Part shown: positions 9,743 to 19,010 of the stretch, in pieces | How the letters are laid out: each line of letters begins with the position of its first letter | How positions within the stretch are numbered: position 1 is the first letter of the stretch | Source of the DNA: an uncultured Gammaproteobacteria bacterium | GTDB taxonomy: Bacteria; Pseudomonadota; Gammaproteobacteria; Ga0077536 | Assembly: GCA_963976285.1 (NCBI GenBank) | Contig: CAXBJY010000005.1 | Location: forward strand, 3,164 to 67,163 | Length of the DNA: 64,000 nt | Reading direction: 5' to 3' | Notes under the pieces: model-generated | Database searches by the model: none | Seen by the model: the letters and a program-made list of their open reading frames with translations, nothing else | Told to the model about the DNA's origin: nothing | Translations under genes and position numbers: made by a program

Positions 9743-11398
9743 TCAGGAATCCTGCTCCGCCGCGAAATCCCCGGCGCGCTCGAGATCGGTCAGTGAATTC
9801 ACATCGAGCCAGTGTCCGTGGATATACCACACGCGCACATCGCGGCCGGCGTCGACCATGGCGTTGATCAGCTCGGGCAGGCCGAGCTGAGCGAAATCGT
9901 CGCGTTCGGACAGTCGGTTTATCGCGTCCTCGAGCCACGTGCGTCCTTCGCCGGTCGCGCGGATCATGCCGATCCAGCGACCGCTGGGTTCGCCGTCCGC
10001 CCCGGGGTCGCGGCCTTCGACGATGCGCTTCAGACTCACGGCCTGGCCCCACATCGAGCGGTCGTCCGGTTCGCTGCAGTAGGCAAAATCCTGGGTGCCG
10101 TTGTGCACGAGTTCATCCGTCGCGGAATCGACAACGACGCTGAGGTCTGCGTCGCTCTCCATCAAATCGCGCAGGATGTAGCTGCGGAACAACAGATCAC
10201 CGTACATGATGACCATGTCGTCGCTGAACCGATCCATTGCGCAGCGCAGGGAGCTGAGTTCACCGGTGTTTGCAAACGCCTCGTTTACGAGCAGGTTGAT
10301 ACCCTGGACGTCGATACTTTCCGCCTTGTAACCCGCAACGACCGTAATGTCGTCGATGCCGCGCTTTTTACATTTATCGACGAGACGGCGGAGCAGGGGA
10401 ATGCCGGCGACCGGAATCATCGCTTTTGGCCGTTCGGCCGTGAGGCCTTCAAGGTCGCCGCCGCTCCCGCTGCCCGCGGCAAGGATGATCGCCTTCGTTT
10501 CGGCCTGGTAACTCGAGAAATAACGATCTTCGGCCGCCGCGAGTTCGTCCGCACCCTGCAGGCGAAACAGTTCGTCGACGCTTGCAATGCGGTCTTCGAT
10601 TTCCGTCAGTGACTCCGTTTCGTAGATCACGGCCGCGGTTTTCTGCATTGCCTGAACGGCGCTGCGGATCAGGTGGTTCGCCCAGATCACGAGGCTGATC
10701 TCCGCCTTGCGGAACACTTCGACGGGGGTACTGTAATACTTCGTCGGCACGATGACGACGGGCGCGCGGTTCGCCCATTCCGCGGCAAATTCGACGATCT
10801 GATCGGGGCGCGAGAGTTTGCTGTGGATCAGAATCGCATCGGCGCCGGCCTGCCGGTACGCTTCGGCGCGACGCAGCGCCTCGCCAATATCCCAGCCCGC
10901 GATCAACGCCTCGACGCGCGCCACGATACAGAAATCGTCGTCGGACTGACTGTCCTTGCCGGCAGCTATTTTGCCGCAGAACTCGTCGGCGTCCGCGAGC
11001 GGCTGGCGTTCACCGCCGATGAAGCTGTTCGTTTTCGGAAAGACCTTGTCTTCGATACACACGCCGCCGATATTGCGCTGCTCGAGTTTGCGCACGAGCC
11101 GGCGCATGTTATTGAAATTACCGTAACCCGTATCGCCATCGAGCAGGATCGGGATCGTCGTGGCATCGGACATGAACTCGAGCATATCGACGACCTGCGT
11201 CCAGCTCGCCTCGTTGTTGTCGCGGACGCCAAACTGCGCGGACAGGGCGAGTCCGCTGGCCCAGATCCCCCTGAAACCGGCTTCCTCCGCGATGCGCGCG
11301 CTGATGCCGTTGTGTGCCTCGAGGATGAATTCGAGCTGGTTCGAGCTAATCAGCGAACGCAGTGCGCGTGCTTTAGTCGGGGCGGTGGTATTCGTCAT
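9743..11398 (-). CDS. pepM: phosphoenolpyruvate phosphomutase fused to a C-terminal nucleotidyltransferase domain
   Basis: N-terminal 290 aa is an ICL/PEPM-family TIM barrel with PEP mutase-like motifs ([30 protein letters not shown]). The C-terminal domain has the glycine-rich NTP-transferase signature [23 protein letters not shown]. Confidence 0.8.
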   Translation of the reverse strand: MTNTTAPTKARALRSLISSNQLEFILEAHNGISARIAEEAGFRGIWASGLALSAQFGVRDNNEASWTQVVDMLEFMSDATTIPILLDGDTGYGNFNNMRRLVRKLEQRNIGGVCIEDKVFPKTNSFIGGERQPLADADEFCGKIAAGKDSQSDDDFCIVARVEALIAGWDIGEALRRAEAYRQAGADAILIHSKLSRPDQIVEFAAEWANRAPVVIVPTKYYSTPVEVFRKAEISLVIWANHLIRSAVQAMQKTAAVIYETESLTEIEDRIASVDELFRLQGADELAAAEDRYFSSYQAETKAIILAAGSGSGGDLEGLTAERPKAMIPVAGIPLLRRLVDKCKKRGIDDITVVAGYKAESIDVQGINLLVNEAFANTGELSSLRCAMDRFSDDMVIMYGDLLFRSYILRDLMESDADLSVVVDSATDELVHNGTQDFAYCSEPDDRSMWGQAVSLKRIVEGRDPGADGEPSGRWIGMIRATGEGRTWLEDAINRLSERDDFAQLGLPELINAMVDAGRDVRVWYIHGHWLDVNSLTDLERAGDFAAEQDS

Positions 11399-12129
11399 TG
11401 AATTCTCGGCAGGATCTGTTGGTTCGCGCGGGTTATATCTTCAGGAAAATCGATTTCGACCCAGGGGCGGCCCGTGACGTCGACGACGTCGAACGTCGCG
11501 CCCTGCACCAGTACGAGATCGCGAATGGCCTCTTCATACGGCTCGTTACGTCGTTGCGCACCGACAAACGCGTCGGCAATGTCTGCCAGCGCCGTCGCGG
11601 TCGCGGCCGTCAGCGAGAAAAACCCGACGGATTCACCGGCATCGTCATAACTGAGATCCGGCGCGAGTTGTTTGCGAAATTCGACCACGCGACCGCGCTC
11701 GAGGCAGATTTTCACGGGTTCGTCGCCCGGTTCGAAATCGCGGTCGCACAGAAAGCGGTTATGCACCGGGACGTGGGCGAGCAAGCGCAGGAGTTCGGGG
11801 TCGTAGAGGACGTCGGCATCCATCAACAGGATATCTTCGCCGGCCCGCAAAGCGTCGCGCATCGTCCACAGGCTGACGACGCTGCCTTCGCGGAAGGCGG
11901 GGTTCATGACGGTCGTGACCCGTGCCTGCGTATGACCCGTCACCGCTTGCTCGAGCAGTTCGTGGCGATAACCGGTGCACAGCGCCACGTCTTCGATCCC
12001 GGCGGCGACGAGATTTCGCAGGTGACGTTCGAGCAACGTGATGCCGCCGAACTCGAGCAGGCATTTCGGCCGGTCGCCGTGGGCGCCGAGGCGTGCGCCA
12101 ACGCCGGCGGCGAGAATTATCGCGCGCAT
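11395..12129 (-). CDS. nucleotidyltransferase (LicC/cytidylyltransferase-like)
   Basis: [21 protein letters not shown] signature. Stop overlaps the pepM start (ATGA). A longer ORF extends to 12204, but the start is chosen at the ATG that puts the G-rich loop at the N-terminus. Confidence 0.65.
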   Translation of the reverse strand: MRAIILAAGVGARLGAHGDRPKCLLEFGGITLLERHLRNLVAAGIEDVALCTGYRHELLEQAVTGHTQARVTTVMNPAFREGSVVSLWTMRDALRAGEDILLMDADVLYDPELLRLLAHVPVHNRFLCDRDFEPGDEPVKICLERGRVVEFRKQLAPDLSYDDAGESVGFFSLTAATATALADIADAFVGAQRRNEPYEEAIRDLVLVQGATFDVVDVTGRPWVEIDFPEDITRANQQILPRIQ

Positions 12130-12154
12130 GGGCGCGGCCCGCGGCGTGGTTCGT

Positions 12155-12895
12155 TCATGGTCCGGGGTTGCGGCGGTCGCGGCTGAACACCTGCCTGAAA
12201 CCAAAATAGGCGATCGCGTCCTTCATATTCGAGACGAAACGCAATACCGGGTTCATGTGGGTGCTCGTCAGGTACTCGAGCGTCAGCGCGACCCGGCGCT
12301 CGTCGGCGGCGAGCGGCGTGATCCGGTGATACAGCTTGTCGCCGTTGAACATGACGAACATGCCGGGTTCGAGATTGACGCTCAGCGCCGAGGTCGCGAC
12401 GGCGGGATTCTTCGTGTGTAACTGGCATTCGAGGCGGCAACTCGGCGCGGCGACGAGGCCGAGCAGGATCGTGTAGCGCGCGCCGTCGTAATACGAGGTG
12501 TCGTAGTGATAGCCGATGTGGTCGCCGGGTTCGGTGTAGTAGTACAGGGCATAGGTGTGCGGATCGCCCGGCGGGCAATAGTTCAGTTCGCGCCCGCACA
12601 GTGCGCTCATGAACGCCATCAGGGCTTCGGCCTGATACAGCTCGCCGTAGCGCGGCGCGGTGCGATCGAGGTCGAAACGGCTGACGCTGCCGCCTTTCTT
12701 GTGCTTCGGGATGAAGTTTCGATGCACGACGGGCTCGAGCGCGGGCAGGTCGCCGAGCAGGGCCTCGAGGGTTGCCGGCGGCAGGAAATCCGGCACCAGC
12801 ACAAATTCGTCCTGGGCCACGAAATCGCGCTTTAACTGCTCGATATCGAGTGTCTTCAGGTGCTCTGCGAGCGCAGTGTTGAGGTCGGATTGCAT
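12155..12895 (-). CDS. PhyH-like Fe(II)/2-oxoglutarate dioxygenase
   Basis: HYD (His-x-Asp) motif in GDHIGYHYDTSYYDG and a distal His in KLYHRITP. First gene of the phosphonate operon. Start uncertain: ATG at 12895, or upstream TTG at 12958. Confidence 0.45.
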   Translation of the reverse strand: MQSDLNTALAEHLKTLDIEQLKRDFVAQDEFVLVPDFLPPATLEALLGDLPALEPVVHRNFIPKHKKGGSVSRFDLDRTAPRYGELYQAEALMAFMSALCGRELNYCPPGDPHTYALYYYTEPGDHIGYHYDTSYYDGARYTILLGLVAAPSCRLECQLHTKNPAVATSALSVNLEPGMFVMFNGDKLYHRITPLAADERRVALTLEYLTSTHMNPVLRFVSNMKDAIAYFGFRQVFSRDRRNPGP

Positions 12896-13043
12896 CGGAA
12901 CTGGATCGTCGGGGTCGAACGGCGGTTGCAGGGTACAGCGAGAGCCACGCGCAATCAATTACAAGGTGGAGGCGCCGATAAAGCTGTGAGAACATGCGCG
13001 GATCGATCCCGCCCCGAATGCACAGGAATTCACTACCCGAGTA

Positions 13044-14054
13044 ATGCGCTACGCCAAACTCCTCTTTCTCGTTATCGGCGTCGCGTTGCTCGTGTGGGTC
13101 GTCAAGCAGGCGAATATCGGTGAAATCTGGCGCCAGGTGCAGGCCATCAGCGTTGCGCAGATCGCCGGTGTGTTCGTGATCTACGCGTTGTATTTCGGCG
13201 CCGACGCGATCAGTTGGCAGGTTACGCTGGATTCCGTCGCGATGAACCTGCGCTGGGCGGGGCGTCTGTTCATCGTGCGTATGATCGGCGAGGCCTACAA
13301 CAACATCACACCGATGGCGTCGCTCGGCGGCGAACCAATCAAGGCCTGGTTTCTGAAAACGAACTACAACGTGCCCTTGAGCGACTCCGGCGCATCGCTG
13401 GTGCTGGCGAAAACCGCGAGCATGTTCTCGCTCGTCGTATTCGTCGGGATCGCACTCGTGCTAATCCTCGGGCACGACGATTTGTCCGCGAGTGACAAGA
13501 CGATGGCGAGTGTCGGACTTGCCTGGCTTGTGTTCAACGTGATCGTGTTCTTCCTGATGCAGCATCTGAAATTATCTACGTTCACCGCGACCCGCCTCGG
13601 ACGCACGCGGCTCGGAGAGCGGATGACGCATTTTATCGCGGGGCTGCAGAGCGTCGATGAGCAATTCGCGCGTTTCTACAAGCACCACCGCGGTCGCCTC
13701 GTGCTGTCGATGGCCTATGCGATGGCGAACTGGCTGCTCGGGGTGGTCGAGCTGTATTACATCCTCGGGCTGATCGGACATCCGGTCGGCTGGTGGGACG
13801 CCTGGATCATCGAAGCGATGGTGCAGATGATCCGCACGGCGGCATTTTTCATCCCGGCCGGGATCGGGGCGCAGGAAGGAGCGCTGATGATCGCGTGCAA
13901 TGCGCTGGCCGGTTCGCCGAATATCGGCATTGCCGCCGCGCTCGTGCGCCGCTTCAGGGAACTCGTGTGGATCGGAGTCAGCCTCGCGATTGCGGCGGCA
14001 ATGCACGTGAGTCCGAAAGTCGCGCGCGAGCCGGTCGCGACGCAGGATGCCTGA
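13044..14054 (+). CDS. hpnL: UPF0104 / MprF-flippase-like polytopic membrane protein (HpnL-like)
   Basis: 336 aa with about 8 predicted TM helices. Divergent from the phosphonate operon and adjacent to hpnA. Confidence 0.5.
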   Translation: MRYAKLLFLVIGVALLVWVVKQANIGEIWRQVQAISVAQIAGVFVIYALYFGADAISWQVTLDSVAMNLRWAGRLFIVRMIGEAYNNITPMASLGGEPIKAWFLKTNYNVPLSDSGASLVLAKTASMFSLVVFVGIALVLILGHDDLSASDKTMASVGLAWLVFNVIVFFLMQHLKLSTFTATRLGRTRLGERMTHFIAGLQSVDEQFARFYKHHRGRLVLSMAYAMANWLLGVVELYYILGLIGHPVGWWDAWIIEAMVQMIRTAAFFIPAGIGAQEGALMIACNALAGSPNIGIAAALVRRFRELVWIGVSLAIAAAMHVSPKVAREPVATQDA

Positions 14055-14069
14055 GTACGGCCGCGGCGC

Positions 14070-15053
14070 TTACGGGTGCGCGCGAAACCACGCGATCGCA
14101 TCTTCGAGCGCCTCGCGTGCGGGACGCGCCGTGTAGCCGAGTTCGGCGATCGCACGCGAGGAATCAAAATACATCTTCTTCTTCGCCATGCGTAATCCGT
14201 CGACCGTCGCCTGTGGCTCGGGGCCGTGGGTCAGCCACGCCCAGGCCTCGCTGGCATAGGCGACGGGATAGATCAGCGGGCGCGGCAGGCGGACACGGGG
14301 CGGCGGTCGGCCGCAGATCGCGGCGATCATCGTCAGAATTTCGCGCAGGCTCAGGTCCTCTCCGCCGAGGATATAGCGGCGACCAATCTCGCCGCGGTCG
14401 AGGGCCAGCAGGTGACCCGCGGCGACGTCATCGACATGCACGATGTTCAGCCCGGTATCGACGTACGCCGGCAGGCGGCCGGCCTGCGCGTCGCGCACGA
14501 CGCGACCGGTTGGGGTTGGCTTGATGTCGCGGGGACCGATCGGGGTCGACGGATTGACGATTACCGCCGGCAGATCGTGCGTTGTCACGAGTTCGTCGAC
14601 GGCGCGTTCGGCGAGGTATTTCGAACGCTTGTAGTGCCCAATCATATCGGCGAGTGTCACCGGCGTCGTTTCACTCCCGCGTGTTCCGTCACCCGGATTG
14701 CCGAGCGTCGCGACGCTGCTCGTATAGACAACCCGGCTAATGTTCGCGTCGAGCGCGGCGTGCATGAGCGCGCGCGTGCCATCGACGTTCGTGCGGTACA
14801 ACTCACGCGGATCGCGGGTCCATAAGCGGTAGTCAGCGGCGACGTGAAACAGCGTGTCACATCCGACGAGTGCCCGAGCGAGCGAGTCCGCGTCGTTCAG
14901 ATCCCCCTCGCGAACGTCGGCGTCGAGTCCGGCGAGGTTGCGTCGATCGGCTCCGGGTCGCACGAGTACGGCGAGTTCGGTTCCGCGCGCGCCAAGCAGT
15001 CTCGCGACCGCACTGCCGACAAATCCGGTCGCGCCGGTGACGAGCGTCTTCAC
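14070..15053 (-). CDS. hpnA: NAD-dependent epimerase/dehydratase, hopanoid-associated sugar epimerase (HpnA-like)
   Basis: VTGATGFVGSAV Rossmann motif and YxxxK (HYKRSK). Probable GTG start at 15053; the ORF extends to 15137. Confidence 0.7.
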   Translation of the reverse strand: MKTLVTGATGFVGSAVARLLGARGTELAVLVRPGADRRNLAGLDADVREGDLNDADSLARALVGCDTLFHVAADYRLWTRDPRELYRTNVDGTRALMHAALDANISRVVYTSSVATLGNPGDGTRGSETTPVTLADMIGHYKRSKYLAERAVDELVTTHDLPAVIVNPSTPIGPRDIKPTPTGRVVRDAQAGRLPAYVDTGLNIVHVDDVAAGHLLALDRGEIGRRYILGGEDLSLREILTMIAAICGRPPPRVRLPRPLIYPVAYASEAWAWLTHGPEPQATVDGLRMAKKKMYFDSSRAIAELGYTARPAREALEDAIAWFRAHP

Positions 15054-15054
15054 G

Positions 15055-15651
15055 TCAGCGAGCGCCGTCGGTGCCGGTGCGAATGAACTGCAAGGCAACG
15101 ACAAGCAGGGCGATCGGCGCGCCGATCGCGGCGGCATATAAAAAACCGACTTCCTGATTGCTCAGCGTGACGAGCGGAATCAGGTACAGCACGTCTTCGG
15201 TTTCAAAGCCCGCGAAACTCGCCTGCCGGACCGCGGCTTTGCCATGGCGCGACTCGATCATGTGACGCAGTTGAAAAATACCGGCGACCGCGATGCCTGC
15301 GACAAGACCGTAAACCGCCGCGGCGTCGCCGATCGTCGCCGTCAATCCGAATCCGAGGCCCGTGAACAGGCCGACGGTCACGAGCGCGTCGCTGAACAGG
15401 TCGTAGCGATGGCCAAACACGCTCATTTTGCCGCTCATGCGCGCGAGTTCGCCGTCGGTGTGGTCGAGGAAGTTTGACAGCACGATGCACAGCGCGGCGA
15501 GGTTGAACTGCGAACCGGTCGCAAACAGCCACGCGCCCGCGAGACCGACGAGCAAACGCAGCGTCGTCAGCGCGTTCGGATGCAGACGTGTATCGACGAA
15601 TGGCCGCACGAGCAGTGCCGCCGCGCGGGCATCCCAGGGTTTTGCGCTCAT
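15055..15651 (-). CDS. CDP-alcohol phosphatidyltransferase family protein
   Basis: Signature D-x2-DG-x2-AR-x8-G-x3-D-x3-D (DHTDGELARMSGKMSVFGHRYDLFSD) with multiple TM helices. ATG overlaps the hpnN stop (ATGA). Confidence 0.75.
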   Translation of the reverse strand: MSAKPWDARAAALLVRPFVDTRLHPNALTTLRLLVGLAGAWLFATGSQFNLAALCIVLSNFLDHTDGELARMSGKMSVFGHRYDLFSDALVTVGLFTGLGFGLTATIGDAAAVYGLVAGIAVAGIFQLRHMIESRHGKAAVRQASFAGFETEDVLYLIPLVTLSNQEVGFLYAAAIGAPIALLVVALQFIRTGTDGAR

Positions 15652-18260
15652 GCTGTTCGTACTGGTGAGAACTGCTTCAACAACGCGGGCAATACTAGCA
15701 AGGTGCACACGAGCGTCGCCACGATGCCGATCGTGAGCATGACGCCCATGCTCGCGGTGCCGGCATGGGACGATGTTGCGAGGTTGCCGAAACTGACCGT
15801 GGTGGTCAGGGCGCTGAACAGTACGGCACGGGCCGTACTCGTTTGCAGCAGATTACCGTTGTCCGGCAGCGCGGTCCGGTAGCGGTGGAGCATGTGCAAG
15901 GCACTGTCGACGCCGATCCCGAGCAGCAACGGGAGCGCGATGATGTTCGCGAAATTGAACGGCAGCGAGAACACGACGGACGCTGCAGTCGTGAGCAGGC
16001 CGGCGAGGATCAGCGGGCTCAGCACGATGGCGACGTCCTTGAACGAACGCAGGATCAGCCACAACAAGCCCGTGATCACGACGAACGCGCAGGAGAACGC
16101 CTGGATAAACGCGAGCACGACGGCGTCACTCGCGCCGAGGTTGATGACCGGCGCACCCGTGATTCGATCGCCGAGCACCTCGCGCACGGATTCGACGAAT
16201 CGTTTCATCGCGCGCGGATCATCCACCGGTTCGGCCGGGAAGATTTCGAGGCGGCGCGTGCCGGATTCCGTCACCCAGCGTTCGCGCAGCTCCGGCGGCA
16301 GGTCGGTGACGTCGAACGGCTCGGGTGCGAGGCTGTCGTTGAGTAGCGCGAGTCGGCCGTCGAAACTCATGAGCAGTTTTGCCTCGAGCGCCGCGAGCGC
16401 GACGGCCTGGGCGTCCGGACCCAGCGTCGCAAACCTGTCGCGCCACGCGATGAGCGCGGAGCGCAGGGCGGCAGCGGCGTCCATCGCGGCCTCGTCGTCG
16501 AGCGCGGCGAGCAGTTCGTCTATCGCCGTCAGGGTGGCGGCGGGGTCCGCGGCGGGTGTTGGCTGTGGCGACAGATCGGCGCCGAGGATGAGGGCGAGAT
16601 CGTCGACGATGGCGAGCTTTTCGTCCTGCCGCGCGGGCACGAGGTCATCGAGACTGCGCACGGATTGCACGGTGTCGAGCGAACTCAGCGTGACGCTCGC
16701 GTCGGCGACTTCGGCGGCGGAATCGAACAGCGCGGATATCGACATCGGCGATTGCTGATCATCGGCGATCAGATCGCGATACGTCGTGACGGACTGCGCA
16801 GCCGGGTTGTTCAGGTTCACCGGGTCCGTGTCGAATTTCGCGCCCGGGATTGCCAGCGCGGTGAGTATCCACGTAACGGTCGCCACGCCCAGTACGGCGC
16901 GCGCGTGACGGCGCGGAAATGACGCGACTCGATCGGGCAGCGTAAACGTGCGTGTCGCGGGGCCGGGCTGCGGCATCACATGCAGCAGCGCGGGCAGCAG
17001 CGTGATACTGACGAGCAGACTGATGAACATGCCAACCCCGGCAATGAGGCCGAGCTCCGCAACCCCGCGATACGCCGTTGGCAGGAACGCAAAGAATCCC
17101 GTTGCGGTTGTCAGCGCACACAGGATCAACGATACGCCCACATGGCGGCTCGTACGGTTGATGGCGAAATCGGCGTTGTTGTGCCGGAGCATTTCGCGGT
17201 AGCGCAGGCAGATATGAATCGCGAAATCGACGCCGAGACCCACGTACAGCACCGCGAACGCGATCGAAATCATGTTCAGGGTGCCGACGGCGGCGACCGC
17301 GAAGCCCGCGGTAAAGACGAGGCCCACGATCAGCGTTACGAGCGTCGCGACGACGAGTACGATCGAGCGCAGGCCGATCAGCAGGCACACCAGCACCATC
17401 ACGAGCGCGAGGGTACCCGCGTTCTGCGAACCGGTGATCACGCTGTCGAGTTCGTCGTAAGCGAGCGCCGCGGCGCCGGTCAGGCGGATGTTCACGCCGT
17501 GTTCGCGATCGAGCGCGAGCGCTGCGGCATGGGCTGCGACCGCCTTCATGGCCGGTTCCGCGGGCAGCAGGGCGGTGTAATCGAGGCGTGGTTGCAGCAC
17601 GACGAACTCGCGATGCACGGCGGTGTCTTCGGCATCGCCCGTGAGCAGGGCTTGCCACGACAGCGGTACGTTGTTGCCACGGTTCAGTTCGTCGATAGCG
17701 CTTGCGATCCGAGCCGTCGCCGGCACAATCGCCGCCGGTGTCGTCTCCGCCGTCATTGCGTCCCGGAGCAGCCCGAACAACACGGCGCTCGAGCGCTCGG
17801 CGCTGAGACGCGCAAGAAACGGTTGTGCTTCGCCGAGTTGATCGCTGAGCGCCTGAAGTTCGTTCGGTGCGAGATACAACAGCTGATTGCGCCGCAGAAA
17901 CGGATCATCACGCGGGTAGAACACCTCGCCGACGATATCGTCCGCCGCGCGCAGCCGCTGCGTCAGCGCACCGGCGGCGTCGCGTGCCACATCGGCGGTT
18001 GCGCCGTCGATGACGACGACGATCGTATCGGCGAAGAACGGGAAGTCCCGTTTATAGGCGGTGTACGTCGCCCGCCACGGCAGCTTCTCCGACAGCATCG
18101 CACCGGTGTCGGTATTGATCGCAATATGGCTGATGGCATACCCGGCGACGAGCGCCGCGCCGACAAGGTAAGCGACAATAACCGGCCATGCCCGCCGCTG
18201 GGCGGTATCGACGAGACGGCCGATCACGTTCTCGGCCAGCGGGTACAGGGTGGCGAGCAT
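15648..18260 (-). CDS. hpnN: MMPL/RND-superfamily hopanoid transporter
   Basis: 870 aa with two large periplasmic loops and 12 TM helices in an RND/MMPL arrangement, inside the hopanoid operon. Confidence 0.8.
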   Translation of the reverse strand: MLATLYPLAENVIGRLVDTAQRRAWPVIVAYLVGAALVAGYAISHIAINTDTGAMLSEKLPWRATYTAYKRDFPFFADTIVVVIDGATADVARDAAGALTQRLRAADDIVGEVFYPRDDPFLRRNQLLYLAPNELQALSDQLGEAQPFLARLSAERSSAVLFGLLRDAMTAETTPAAIVPATARIASAIDELNRGNNVPLSWQALLTGDAEDTAVHREFVVLQPRLDYTALLPAEPAMKAVAAHAAALALDREHGVNIRLTGAAALAYDELDSVITGSQNAGTLALVMVLVCLLIGLRSIVLVVATLVTLIVGLVFTAGFAVAAVGTLNMISIAFAVLYVGLGVDFAIHICLRYREMLRHNNADFAINRTSRHVGVSLILCALTTATGFFAFLPTAYRGVAELGLIAGVGMFISLLVSITLLPALLHVMPQPGPATRTFTLPDRVASFPRRHARAVLGVATVTWILTALAIPGAKFDTDPVNLNNPAAQSVTTYRDLIADDQQSPMSISALFDSAAEVADASVTLSSLDTVQSVRSLDDLVPARQDEKLAIVDDLALILGADLSPQPTPAADPAATLTAIDELLAALDDEAAMDAAAALRSALIAWRDRFATLGPDAQAVALAALEAKLLMSFDGRLALLNDSLAPEPFDVTDLPPELRERWVTESGTRRLEIFPAEPVDDPRAMKRFVESVREVLGDRITGAPVINLGASDAVVLAFIQAFSCAFVVITGLLWLILRSFKDVAIVLSPLILAGLLTTAASVVFSLPFNFANIIALPLLLGIGVDSALHMLHRYRTALPDNGNLLQTSTARAVLFSALTTTVSFGNLATSSHAGTASMGVMLTIGIVATLVCTLLVLPALLKQFSPVRTA

Positions 18261-18265
18261 TTGCT

Positions 18266-18988
18266 TCAGGCGATCTTGGCGCGTTCATTACGCGACCCCG
18301 TCGTGGCGAAAGCCGGGCGCAACAGCATGGCCGCCTGGTGCAGGGTCGCGAGCGCCGCGCGATGCCAGCGCGCGAGGCGCAGCAGCGCGGGCAAATCCCC
18401 GGGGCTGTGCGCGAGCGAGGTGACAACGGACCATGGTCGCGTCGTGCCGTTGCTGGCAACCGCATCAAGCGCTATTCGCGGGATCGCGAAACCGACCGGA
18501 TCGACGATTGCCCGCACGGCGACGAAGCGTACTCCGGCGGCGGCCGCCGCCGCGCCGATTGCCGCGGATTCCATGTCGACGGCGACACATCGGCTTGCGG
18601 TGTGGATCGCTGCTTTTTCCGTCGGGTCGGTAATTGCGTGATCACTCGTATAGCCGGATCCGGTGCGTACATCGGTCGTGCGCAACGCATGGATGATGTC
18701 GCGCTGCCAGGTCGGATCGCATTGGCGGTGTGTGCCGCTGGCATCCACCACGTCGGTGTACACGAGAAGTTTGCCGGGGGGCAGGTTCGCCACGAGCGCG
18801 CCGGCGGTTCCCCATGACACGAGCGCATCGACCCGACCGGCCAGCATGCGCTCGGCCCCGGCGGCCGCGTTCGCGGGACCAATCCCGGTAACAATAATCT
18901 GGTGGCCATACGGATTCCCGTCGCGCGAGACGGCGGCATTCAGCGTGCGCGCCTCGTCGGCCATGGCCGTGACAAAACCTAATCGCAA
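18266..18988 (-). CDS. hpnG: PNP/MTA-nucleosidase family hopanoid-associated phosphorylase
   Basis: N-terminal RLGFVTAMADEA beta-strand typical of MTAN/PNP. About 240 aa. Probable TTG start. Confidence 0.7.
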   Translation of the reverse strand: MRLGFVTAMADEARTLNAAVSRDGNPYGHQIIVTGIGPANAAAGAERMLAGRVDALVSWGTAGALVANLPPGKLLVYTDVVDASGTHRQCDPTWQRDIIHALRTTDVRTGSGYTSDHAITDPTEKAAIHTASRCVAVDMESAAIGAAAAAAGVRFVAVRAIVDPVGFAIPRIALDAVASNGTTRPWSVVTSLAHSPGDLPALLRLARWHRAALATLHQAAMLLRPAFATTGSRNERAKIA

Positions 18989-19010
18989 AATAGTGTTCCG
19001 GTTTGAATGT

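Noticed and set aside
12117-12995. 292-aa ORF on the minus strand overlapping the dioxygenase gene in another frame
   Set aside because: Arg/Ala/Pro-rich low-complexity translation typical of an off-frame read of high-GC DNA. The overlapping frame has recognisable motifs.
16980-18641. 553-aa ORF antisense to hpnN/hpnG
   Set aside because: Highly charged repetitive translation. The sense strand encodes a well-formed RND/MMPL protein.
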